A stretch of 46,102 nt of DNA from IMG/VR virus record IMGVR_UViG_3300033475_000049, positions 1-46,102 of that record; one strand, written 5' to 3'. The DNA is from a virus. Lineage: Duplodnaviria > Caudoviricetes. The notes under the pieces were generated by a model. It made no database searches. It saw only the letters and a program-made list of their open reading frames with translations, and was not told where the DNA came from. The position numbers and the translations under genes were made by a program. Shown piece after piece: positions 17,403-25,953 of the stretch (its first letter is position 1; every line of letters starts with the position of its first letter).

Positions 17403-17627
17403 CTAATCTAACTTTTTGTCACTGCTAAGTGCAATTGCTGCATTTATTGCCATAGACGCTTCATGAAGCTTTCGTATTGCGATTGTTTGTTCTGGAATGT
17501 TATCGGTGTTCTTGTGAACGAGTAGTGCTGCATTTTTCATTGCTTCTCTTACTTCTTCATATATTTTTTGTTTTGCTGGCGTTGGCGCGTGATACGTGAA
17601 CAAATTAATAATATCTTCTGGTTTCAT
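17403..17627 (-). CDS. Acb2/Tad1-like helical hairpin protein (candidate nucleotide-signal sponge)
   Basis: FTYHAPT...YE.VR...PEQTIAIRKLHEASMAINAAIA pattern. Confidence 0.65.
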   Translation of the reverse strand: MKPEDIINLFTYHAPTPAKQKIYEEVREAMKNAALLVHKNTDNIPEQTIAIRKLHEASMAINAAIALSSDKKLD

Positions 17628-18733
17628 GCCATCTCCTCTGCAATCTTCCTTGCTTTTTCGATAGCCACATGCATATCTTGATAGGCAAATGAACCCAATC
17701 GTCCTACAAGATTAATTCCATTGTCTGTTGCTAATTTTGCATAATTTTTATGCATCTCAATTGCTTCAAGTGTTCTTACAGGATAGAGATCTTCACCTGT
17801 TCCTGGATGTTCAAAAACTGTCACAGGAGTGGTAGTCTTGTACATTCGATGATATGCAGTAGCACGTGTAGTCTGCATGCCAATAAATGCATGGTTAATG
17901 ACCGGAGAAGGCCAGTTTTCAGCGCTATGTAATGCAGTGTCTCCAACAAACTTTTCAAATTTTACCTTCAAGTAATCGAGCATACCAAGTGTATAGCCGA
18001 ATATTTCATCAACAGCAGCACTACAAAATGTGATATGATACTCATTAATGACTTTTTGGATACCTTCGAGTGCGACATTGAAATTTAATTGAAGATTGAT
18101 ATTCTTATGATCAAGCATGTTACTGATCCACTCTGTATAACCTTTTCGTGGCAGAGCGACATACTCATCGGCAAAGAAATCAATGTCATAATCTTCCTTG
18201 AAACGAATACGGCCAAACACTTCTGCTGGAATATTTGCTGCTGGACGTTGCCATTGAAGTTCAGAGTAATTCTTGATCATTGTACGATACATTGTTTCGC
18301 CAATTGCTTGAATTGCCCTTGTCTCGAAATTCTCTGGCTGTCCAGCATATTTCTTACGAGCCTGATCAATCTCATAATGAAAGCAATCAATCGCACCGTC
18401 ATATTCGATATCATGCTCTGCCTTGAAGATCATCTCTATTGAGCGTTTGTTTATAGGCCATGGCATCCAGTTATGATTCGTAAGAGAATAAACTGTATGA
18501 GCAAATCTCTGAAATTCAGCAAATCGAGTAGCAAATTGCCATGTTTCTTTATTGTCAGTATGGAATATATGAGGTCCGTAGATGCTCACGGGAGTATCAC
18601 CAATAATTTCATCAGCAGCATGACCACCGACATGATCGTGTTTCTCTAAAACGAGAACCTCATTACCCTTTTCTGCAAATTCTCTAGCAAGCGTTGCACC
18701 TGTAATCCCTGCGCCGATTATTAGTATTTTCAC
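17624..18733 (-). CDS. glf: UDP-galactopyranose mutase family flavoenzyme
   Basis: IIGAGITG FAD motif, EKHDHVGG, YGPHIFHT, P..GYT....NMLDH, YPV, GRLG...Y.DMH. Confidence 0.9.
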   Translation of the reverse strand: MKILIIGAGITGATLAREFAEKGNEVLVLEKHDHVGGHAADEIIGDTPVSIYGPHIFHTDNKETWQFATRFAEFQRFAHTVYSLTNHNWMPWPINKRSIEMIFKAEHDIEYDGAIDCFHYEIDQARKKYAGQPENFETRAIQAIGETMYRTMIKNYSELQWQRPAANIPAEVFGRIRFKEDYDIDFFADEYVALPRKGYTEWISNMLDHKNINLQLNFNVALEGIQKVINEYHITFCSAAVDEIFGYTLGMLDYLKVKFEKFVGDTALHSAENWPSPVINHAFIGMQTTRATAYHRMYKTTTPVTVFEHPGTGEDLYPVRTLEAIEMHKNYAKLATDNGINLVGRLGSFAYQDMHVAIEKARKIAEEMA

Positions 18734-18735
18734 TT

Positions 18736-19479
18736 TTATATGATTCCTTTCATTAATCTTTCCAATTGTTTCGCGTATTCTTGCGGTGTCTTACCTGTTT
18801 TATTCATATAAGATGGATGATATGCTAAACGAACTTCAATGTCATGCGGCGCATTATCAGCAGTGAAATAATGTGCCTTGAACATCTCTTGTACATGCTT
18901 TCCAAGAATGATGATTCCTTTTGGTTTCATAAGATCAATCTCTTTCATGAGATATTGCTTATGAAGTTCTACTTCACTGGAAAGAGATGGACGATTGTTT
19001 GGCGTTGAAAGTTTGAGCAAATTTGTGAAAAAGCACTGATAGTAAAGACCATTTGCGAGTAGCGCTTTTCTAAGAATATGCGACGACTGACCGTAAACGA
19101 ACACTCTATCAAAACGTGAGTAAAGAGCACCATCTCCAACTCCAGGTGCATCACCTATGAGAAAAAAGTCTGGCTTCAAATTCCCAGTGGGAACAGTTGG
19201 TCTGCGTACTAAACCGTCAATTTCTTTCTGCATTGGCCACTCAGTTGGCCAGATTTCCTCTAAAGAAAATGAAGGCTGAGCATCGACGATATAAGGAATC
19301 GACCCTAAAGCCAGGTACCGCTTCACTTCATTTGACTCGAAAGATGCTTGGGAGAAGAGTAAATACTTCTTCTCCTTCACAATCTCATCCTCTTTCTTCG
19401 TCAACATTCGCTGATTTGTCCATTTTACAGATTTTGCGATTTCTATTAATGAATTTTGCGTTTCTTGATTTAGAGCCAT
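18736..19479 (-). CDS. uracil-DNA glycosylase family 4-like protein lacking Fe-S cysteines
   Basis: LIGDAPG, FFTNLLK...PNNRP, IILG, YHPSY. Confidence 0.8.
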   Translation of the reverse strand: MALNQETQNSLIEIAKSVKWTNQRMLTKKEDEIVKEKKYLLFSQASFESNEVKRYLALGSIPYIVDAQPSFSLEEIWPTEWPMQKEIDGLVRRPTVPTGNLKPDFFLIGDAPGVGDGALYSRFDRVFVYGQSSHILRKALLANGLYYQCFFTNLLKLSTPNNRPSLSSEVELHKQYLMKEIDLMKPKGIIILGKHVQEMFKAHYFTADNAPHDIEVRLAYHPSYMNKTGKTPQEYAKQLERLMKGII

Positions 19480-19994
19480 GAATTTTCCTCAATGCACTGC
19501 TTTATTTTTTGAACAGCCTTATCAGTATTTTCATCCGTCGTATTTAGAAAAACAACCCTAGACAAAGATGTCCACTTGAGAAACCCTATGTATTTTTCTG
19601 CAATTTCAGGGATAATCTCTGCCTTGATAAGATTATCTTTATCGACAATTTTGCTGTAGTCGTTTTTCATGCAAAGAACCAAGATCACGCCTGCTTTCTC
19701 AAACAGATCATCGATCTCTCTCATCACAGTCATATCAAATGGTCGTTTCAGTACCTGTGCATACACCCACTCTGACATGTAGTGACGATCGATAATGACA
19801 TCCATGGGGACGACTTGAATGAGGTTCGCAAAGTACATACCTGCGTATCTTGTGAGGACGTTCAATTCGCCTTCTAGCATCTGCTGATGTTCGCGTGGAT
19901 TTTTGAAGTAGGGATATTTTATCTCTTCAGAGAGAGCTTTTGCGATGGTAGACTTGCCCGATCCGTCCGGTCCTTCAAAAACTATGATTGGCAT
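19470..19994 (-). CDS. thymidylate-kinase-like dNMP kinase
   Basis: IVFEGPDGSGKST, IIDR...SEWVY. Confidence 0.87.
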   Translation of the reverse strand: MPIIVFEGPDGSGKSTIAKALSEEIKYPYFKNPREHQQMLEGELNVLTRYAGMYFANLIQVVPMDVIIDRHYMSEWVYAQVLKRPFDMTVMREIDDLFEKAGVILVLCMKNDYSKIVDKDNLIKAEIIPEIAEKYIGFLKWTSLSRVVFLNTTDENTDKAVQKIKQCIEENSWL

Positions 19995-20067
19995 AATTAT
20001 TCTCCTAGTTTAGTAATTTTTGTAAAAAATTTTATAGAAAATTTTTAGTATATATTTTAAAATAAGT

Positions 20068-20093
20068 GTGGCGCTTTTTCAAGAGAGCGCCAC
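20068..20093 (-). terminator. GC-rich hairpin, possible terminator/processing site
   Basis: GTGGCGCT/AGCGCCAC stem followed by T-rich run on minus strand. Confidence 0.5.
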
Positions 20094-20100
20094 TGATATA

Positions 20101-20466
20101 TTATTTATTGACTTCCCAGTCTGATCTTGTTTGATTTTTCAATGTTTTCTTTTCTACGTATGCAATAAATTCTTCATAACTTTCAAAGACTGTGCTCGCT
20201 GTTGCTTGTGCATATATGAACACATCTACGATTTCTTCTTTTAGAGCTTCTTTATTGACTTCCTTAATCGGTTTGTGCAGTCTAAAATTCACTTCCATCA
20301 GCATCTCTGTGACTTCAACCTGCAAAAGCTTTGCATACTCTTGAATCGTCTGGTTGATGTCCCGGCCCCAGGCAGCTCCAAAGATTTTTCTCTGGAGCCG
20401 TGCAATTGTGTTGTAAATCTCTTTCTCTTGTTTGCTTGTCGTTATTTCTAAGGCTTCTGTTGCCAT
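20101..20466 (-). CDS. all-alpha NTP pyrophosphatase (MazG/dimeric dUTPase-dCTPase-like)
   Basis: EVTEML and EEIVDVFIY ExxE/EExxD motifs. Confidence 0.82.
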   Translation of the reverse strand: MATEALEITTSKQEKEIYNTIARLQRKIFGAAWGRDINQTIQEYAKLLQVEVTEMLMEVNFRLHKPIKEVNKEALKEEIVDVFIYAQATASTVFESYEEFIAYVEKKTLKNQTRSDWEVNK

Positions 20467-20481
20467 CTTCTCACTACTCCA

Positions 20482-21273
20482 TTATTTAGGAAGAAAGCTA
20501 TCATCATCTTCATCATCAGGAACGTCAATAGTAGTTTCTTCGTCGTCATCATCATCATCAAATGGATCAGAAGAAGAAACTGTGATTTCTTTGAGATGTT
20601 GTGGTGGAATTTCAGGTGGATTTTTCAAAACGCCTGGACAATTAGAGGTCGCATACGATTCTTTGATGAATGTCCATACTGAAGGCTGATCATTTAGATC
20701 TACAGGAACACTTATCTGTGTCTTTTTGCCTGTTGCCTTTTCTGTTCTTGTCTTTTTCATGACAGCCTGAGTTTTAACTTCTTCGGCATACTCTTTTTTG
20801 AACGATGATGGATCAAGAGGTGTCAAAATGTAACGGATTTCGAAGCCATCTTTATTGTTTCGTTTGATTACGAAATCTCGTGATGTTAATGTTCCATAAT
20901 TGGAAAATGCTTCGCCGACCTGCTCGAGTGGGCTCATATTATTCGGCTTGAACACGAAGAGCTTTACTTTACTGTCTCTGTAGTCCCAGATAACGAACGC
21001 ATAATTCGTTTTCGTATTACGAGCGTTCTCTTCTGATTCTTCAAGACCGCAGAACGGACAATCTTCATGGCCATATAGTTTCAAGCAGGGTACAGTGTAG
21101 CCCTTAGAACGATCGCTGTTCACAAAACGGCCATGAACAACCATCTTAAGAACGTTTTGACCATCAGAAAGAAAACGGATATTTGCTTTCTCACCTTTTT
21201 TCAGGCCAAACACGATACTTTTGCTTGATGATGCGGCCTGAATGTCGCCCATCATCTCATCCATGAAACTCAT
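20482..21273 (-). CDS. gp32-like single-stranded DNA-binding protein
   Basis: IRFL, H...C....CPFC Zn site, RDFVIKR, strongly acidic C-terminal tail. Confidence 0.8.
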   Translation of the reverse strand: MSFMDEMMGDIQAASSSKSIVFGLKKGEKANIRFLSDGQNVLKMVVHGRFVNSDRSKGYTVPCLKLYGHEDCPFCGLEESEENARNTKTNYAFVIWDYRDSKVKLFVFKPNNMSPLEQVGEAFSNYGTLTSRDFVIKRNNKDGFEIRYILTPLDPSSFKKEYAEEVKTQAVMKKTRTEKATGKKTQISVPVDLNDQPSVWTFIKESYATSNCPGVLKNPPEIPPQHLKEITVSSSDPFDDDDDDEETTIDVPDDEDDDSFLPK

Positions 21274-21291
21274 TTTATCTTTCTCCTTGCT

Positions 21292-22269
21292 TTATGCAAC
21301 TACCAAATCTACAACGCTATGAATATTGTACAACGATATCAAAAAATCATTTTTTCTTTTCATTTCGCCAATATCTTTCTTTCCTCGCATTGGAAAACGA
21401 TACATTGGCAAATCTTCAAATTTTTCTTGTAACCTTCTACCACCATCTCTTCCTGCAGTATCCTCATCCAAACCATCTATGATTGATGTCGCAAATTGGC
21501 GTATAAATGCTATTTGCTGATCAGAGATGTACCAACCGAATAAGCAACACACATTTTCAAATCCATGCTGCCATGCCATCATCATGTCTGTATACCCTTC
21601 CACCACAAGCACTGATCCTTTTGTGATATTCCCTCCCACACACGCATCCTTGTCAAAACCTGGGTTAAATTTATATTTCGGCTTTACCTTTTTATCTGTG
21701 GCCCTCGCAGTGTAGCCTTTTAACTCAGACTGCTGATATATCGGTATCACTGTTGAGTAAATGCTTGACTGATTAATTTTTACATCAAAATGGCGAAGAA
21801 CTTCAGGTGTATACCCACGTTTTAAAAAGGAGTGATCAAGCTTCTCCCAACAAGGATTACCTAGTGTATCGAGGAACATAGAACAAAAGAGGATTGCTTC
21901 TTTTTCATTTAACTTTATTTTCGGTTTCTCAATTATCTTTTTACTTTTCTTGTTTGCATTCTTTTTCAATTGTGCGATTATGAGAATCGCTTGCCATTCA
22001 TCGATCTCATTATCATTGAAATATTTTTCACAATGAACAACAAAATCAATGATCGTACCTCTTGCTCTACAAGCCCAACATCTATAGACTTCGCGATTCA
22101 TCGATAAAGACGGGTCATGATCGTCATGGAATAAGCAAATGATTTTGTTTTCTTCAGAAAATGTTTGGTCTTCTTCTATAAGGCCATAATGCTGTAATAC
22201 CTCATACATTTTGCGCTCCAAGCCTATCAAGAGTTTTTGGAGAGCTTTATCCGAGCTCTCCAGCAACAT
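21292..22269 (-). CDS. dnaG: DnaG-type primase (CHC2 Zn finger + TOPRIM)
   Basis: CLFHDDHDPS...CWAC, PKYK, VVEGYTD, DED.AG, KDIGE. Confidence 0.88.
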   Translation of the reverse strand: MLLESSDKALQKLLIGLERKMYEVLQHYGLIEEDQTFSEENKIICLFHDDHDPSLSMNREVYRCWACRARGTIIDFVVHCEKYFNDNEIDEWQAILIIAQLKKNANKKSKKIIEKPKIKLNEKEAILFCSMFLDTLGNPCWEKLDHSFLKRGYTPEVLRHFDVKINQSSIYSTVIPIYQQSELKGYTARATDKKVKPKYKFNPGFDKDACVGGNITKGSVLVVEGYTDMMMAWQHGFENVCCLFGWYISDQQIAFIRQFATSIIDGLDEDTAGRDGGRRLQEKFEDLPMYRFPMRGKKDIGEMKRKNDFLISLYNIHSVVDLVVA

Positions 22270-22285
22270 TTTCTCATTTTTCTTT

Positions 22286-22618
22286 TTATCTTGAGTATTT
22301 TCTTTGAAAATTTGGTCGTCTCTGCTGCTGCTGGAATGAGCTACGCGGCGGATACTTTTTTATGACTGGTTTCTTCTCTACGATGACATCTTCAGGTTGA
22401 TCTTGCTCTTCTTGGCTGTCATCAAACTCGTCATTATCAGAAACCTCGATAGAAGATGCGATTTTATCAACTTCATCAAGGAGTTCTGATAAACGAGCAA
22501 GTTGACTCATATCGAGCTTCCCCAACGCAGTGTCATGATGTCCATGCTTTCTTAATGCAGCTGTTGCAGTTGGCGTAACGTCTTTTAGACTACGCATTTT
22601 TTTTACCTCCTTATGCAA
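22286..22618 (-). CDS. hypothetical protein (start possibly at MRSLK, 22597)
   Basis: ORF with acidic centre and Q/R-rich end; AGGAGG precedes the internal ATG. Confidence 0.7.
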   Translation of the reverse strand: MHKEVKKMRSLKDVTPTATAALRKHGHHDTALGKLDMSQLARLSELLDEVDKIASSIEVSDNDEFDDSQEEQDQPEDVIVEKKPVIKKYPPRSSFQQQQRRPNFQRKYSR

Positions 22619-22649
22619 TTTACCTTACACTTTGTGTACTCACATTTTT

Positions 22650-22679
22650 ATTATATCACAAAAAATAAAAAAAGTACAT
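22650..22679 (-). promoter_or_regulatory. phage promoter TGTACT-N17-TATAAT
   Basis: fourth copy of the motif, 17-nt spacing. Confidence 0.72.
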
Positions 22680-22770
22680 ACTTTAATGAAATAATTTCCA
22701 ATATTTGCTAATTATTGTCAACTTTGTTGTTTCAAGAAAAAACATAACTTTAAAAGATTCTAGGATGTTT

Positions 22771-22873
22771 CTGCTGTCATCTAAATCATTATTCGGAGCT
22801 TTTTTCATATATAGATGTATATTTTTATTACTCATAGTGAAAAGTCCCCAAAGGCAATCTGGATGACAGCAGA
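22771..22873. repeat. dispersed palindromic element, copy 4
   Basis: CTGCTGTCATC / GATGACAGCAG arms, core GATGTATATTT at 22814-22824, AAAGTCCCCAAA arm. Confidence 0.65.
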
Positions 22874-22883
22874 AAAAGTACAC

Positions 22884-24452
22884 TTATCCCTGATTATTTA
22901 TGATTCCTAATTTAGCATCTAATGCGATTTCTTGCATTAATGACATACCACCTTCGTTCTGATTTCTCAACCGTAAACCTTTGTGTCCTCTTTTTGTACT
23001 TCCTCCTGCCTTTAATATATGGCGCGAATATCCCTTTTGTTCTACTGAATCTCCTAAATTATATGGACCAAACGGTTTTGTATTCGAACTAAACGACCAG
23101 GCTTTATGAATCTTCATAAGCTGTTCATTAGTGACGAATCCGTTTGGGTCATCGATAAAACACTCATCGAGCATCAGTTTTATCTGATCGTAACTCTCTC
23201 TGTGCTTTTCTTTTTCATCGGAAAACTGTTGTGGCGGTACTAATCTACGATCAGAGTTGTACCACATATGTGCACCATCAATGAATGCAGTAAGTGCAGC
23301 TTCGAGATTGTCACTCTTATTTAGAAGGTTCTGTTTCACTTTTGGGTCAAATGTTTTCGATCGATCGTGAGGGAAATTGATGATTACGAGTCGTTCCCAA
23401 AAAGCGTTGTCGTTTGATCTTCCTCTGACCATGTGATTCGAAAGAATAAAGATTTTCGATCGTACAATAAAAGAGAACTGATCTTTGAATTTCTTCGATG
23501 TCGTGATTCTGTCGCCATCGCCTGTGAATTTCTTCATCTGTTCACTATTAAGAGCAGATCCTTCTTCTGGCTCTGAACAAAATGCTGCTCTTGTTGTCGA
23601 CAAAGAAAAAAGGTCGAAATTTGAAGTGTTATTCGACCTTTTTGCTGATAAAACATTGTAATCAATCTCTATTGTTGATGATCCAGTAACCTTCATAAAG
23701 AGATCCTTAAATGTTCCCTTACCTGAATTCGTTGGGCCATAGAGATTGCAGAATTTTTTTGCATCAGTACAATCAGTAAGTGCATATCCTGCATACATTA
23801 GCAGGTAATCTATTCCATCTTTGCCACCACCAACACTAGAAGTTAAGAAGGCATCAAAATCTTTCGATTTTTTACCAGGAATATATTCTGTTGGTAGAAT
23901 GTATGTAAACATGAATCGCTTATCATGCTTATACGTCTTCTTTGTTCTAATGTCTACAACAACGTTTTTACAAGGAACTAAGTACTTACCTATTTCTTCG
24001 CCTTTATCATTGATGTACTCATTAAATCTTATCTCATTTCCGCTTTCGTCATTTCCTAGCCACAACATGTCTTTCAACATGTTTTCGCAATCAGCGATTG
24101 CTCTGTGCGTTATTTTTATCGCTTTTTCTAACTTATCTAATCCTAAACGCCTTGCCAATTTTCTTCGCATCTCCATGACTTCAGAAATGACGATTCTAAC
24201 ATGAACTTGATCATCTTCCCACATCTTCCCATTCCACAATCTCCATCCCGATGATCTACTATACACTGCTCGTCCTTTTAACATAAAAGAGCAGCATAAC
24301 GCTGTCCCTTTGCTGTCTCCAGGATGTTTTATCATCTCTCTTTCTGCTTCCGTTAAATCGCCGCTTTCCTCTATTTGTTCTTCTTGTGTTTCTTTTTTAG
24401 CAGTAGTGCTAATTAAGGATAACGAATCCTTAGACAGCATACTCTTTTTCAA
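22884..24452 (-). CDS. D5/P4-alpha-type SF3 helicase without primase domain
   Basis: D5_N-like W..WNG..W and KN.VVD, Walker A GPTNSGKGT, SE, KKFTGDGD.I, N, FW.R, C-terminal winged-helix-like region. Confidence 0.88.
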   Translation of the reverse strand: MKKSMLSKDSLSLISTTAKKETQEEQIEESGDLTEAEREMIKHPGDSKGTALCCSFMLKGRAVYSRSSGWRLWNGKMWEDDQVHVRIVISEVMEMRRKLARRLGLDKLEKAIKITHRAIADCENMLKDMLWLGNDESGNEIRFNEYINDKGEEIGKYLVPCKNVVVDIRTKKTYKHDKRFMFTYILPTEYIPGKKSKDFDAFLTSSVGGGKDGIDYLLMYAGYALTDCTDAKKFCNLYGPTNSGKGTFKDLFMKVTGSSTIEIDYNVLSAKRSNNTSNFDLFSLSTTRAAFCSEPEEGSALNSEQMKKFTGDGDRITTSKKFKDQFSFIVRSKIFILSNHMVRGRSNDNAFWERLVIINFPHDRSKTFDPKVKQNLLNKSDNLEAALTAFIDGAHMWYNSDRRLVPPQQFSDEKEKHRESYDQIKLMLDECFIDDPNGFVTNEQLMKIHKAWSFSSNTKPFGPYNLGDSVEQKGYSRHILKAGGSTKRGHKGLRLRNQNEGGMSLMQEIALDAKLGIINNQG

Positions 24453-24478
24453 TTCGACTTTTCCCCCGAATTTTCCAT

Positions 24479-24760
24479 TTATCTTTTCTCTTTTTCTTCT
24501 TGATTCTGTGCAAATTGCTGGTTTATCAATGGTCTGCCAAACTCAATAATTTGCATCCTTACTTCTTCTGCATACGTTTTTGAATAGAATGATCTGTTTC
24601 CGTCTTTTAGTGAAACCCTAATCCTCCCTTGCTTTTTCCACAAAATAATCGTTGGCGGAGTTACTCCCAATAAATTTGAAAATTCATTTAGATTCATATA
24701 TTTTCTTGAATCGAGCTCTTCCTTTGTTGGCTTTACAGCTGCCAGCATTCTTTTTTTCAT
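24479..24760 (-). CDS. MerR/excisionase-like HTH DNA-binding protein
   Basis: MNLNEFSNLLGVTPPTIILWKKQGRI....GNRSFY. Confidence 0.8.
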   Translation of the reverse strand: MKKRMLAAVKPTKEELDSRKYMNLNEFSNLLGVTPPTIILWKKQGRIRVSLKDGNRSFYSKTYAEEVRMQIIEFGRPLINQQFAQNQEEKEKR

Positions 24761-24805
24761 ATTTTTCTCCTATTTTATATACAATTCATAATAAATTATA
24801 TACAT

Positions 24806-24834
24806 ATTATACAACAAAAAAATTTAAAAGTAAA
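24806..24834 (-). promoter_or_regulatory. promoter TTTACT-N17-TATAAT for HTH/helicase operon
   Basis: exact spacing, upstream of AGGAG RBS of 24760. Confidence 0.55.
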
Positions 24835-24878
24835 TAGTAAGTTAAAAAAATTATATTCTTTGATTCACTTTGAAAAAA

Positions 24879-25385
24879 GGTTACACTTACTATGTCGGGT
24901 TACACTTTGGATACACTTACTTTTTGTAAGTGTAACCTAGAATCGAGTATTACTGCTATAAGAACGAAGTGCAATTTTAGTATTTATCGCAATTTTTAGT
25001 ACTCAAAAAAAGTGAGGTTACACTTACTGCTCGTAGAGTATATATATATATATTCACTATAGCAAGGATTACAGCATAGTAAGTGTAACCTATATATAAA
25101 TATTACTATTACTATAATGATTCTTATTAGTATAAATATAATATATAATAAAATAATGGCGCAGTTTGGTTTTTAGTTTCAAAAGTAAGTGTAAACCCAA
25201 GTGTAACCCAAGTGTAACCGTCATAGTAAGTGTAACCCCAAGTGAGATTAGAACAAATATTTTACTATCATGATACACTAATACATTGGTTGCCTAACTA
25301 CAAATATCAGAATGAATAACAAGATAAATAGAAAGAAAACAAGAAGAAAAACTAACGTTTTTTTTACAAGTGAGGTTACACTTAC
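24879..25385. repeat. putative replication origin: ~11 GTAAGTGTAACC iterons in both orientations plus AT-rich tracts
   Basis: copies at 24879, 24898, 24909, 25016, 25374 (GGTTACACTTAC sense) and 24926, 25079, 25185, 25199, 25210, 25226 (GTAAGTGTAACC sense); (TA)n runs at ~25039-25150. Confidence 0.8.
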
Positions 25386-25542
25386 TAAAAACTTGTGAAT
25401 CGATATTTTATTCATTAGTATAATCTTTCTATTATTTAGGATAAGTGCAAATCTTAGAAACGATGAAAAAAGGCTAGTACCATAGTTTGAGGCTTTAGTA
25501 CTTTTGGTCACTTTTATGATACTAGCCACTATCTAGACGATG

Positions 25543-25896
25543 TTAATGAGTTTCGTTAGAATTTGAATTTGGTTGAACAGGATTCACAGGACGTTTTAGG
25601 CCGAAGAGAGCAAAATTTGTCAAAAGGTATTTTTGAAGAGCCGCAAAGGCTTCTGATTGCAGAGCAATAGAAGTCGAGGCGATCAACATGGCATCTCCAT
25701 ATACGTTTCCAGTCAATTTTCCTTGTAAAAAGAGACCAAGAGCAGTTGCTAAAATGACAGTAGCACCAGCAATGCTAGTGTTTACTGTTGCGCTGAAATT
25801 GAGATGCTGCAAAGAATAACTGACGACCATGGCGATTAGTGGCAAGAGTAACTTGACGAGAGCTCCAGTATCCATAAATGATTTCTCCTTTGGCAT
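25543..25896 (-). CDS. putative holin
   Basis: 117 aa with 2-3 hydrophobic segments, downstream of lysin. Confidence 0.7.
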   Translation of the reverse strand: MPKEKSFMDTGALVKLLLPLIAMVVSYSLQHLNFSATVNTSIAGATVILATALGLFLQGKLTGNVYGDAMLIASTSIALQSEAFAALQKYLLTNFALFGLKRPVNPVQPNSNSNETH

Positions 25897-25953
25897 GATA
25901 TCTTTGTAGAAAATTTAATGACAAATTTTTATTTGCGAATCTTATTTCGTTAC

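Noticed and set aside
22683-22883. 66-aa ORF (and similarly 672-884)
   Set aside because: Overlap the dispersed palindromic elements or a better ORF; no RBS or motif
24879-25385. Repeats as a CRISPR array
   Set aside because: Units are 10-12 bp, in both orientations and irregularly spaced; no spacer periodicity
25090-25529. ORFs 25090-25278 and 25278-25529
   Set aside because: Low-complexity translations of iteron/AT-rich DNA without convincing RBS
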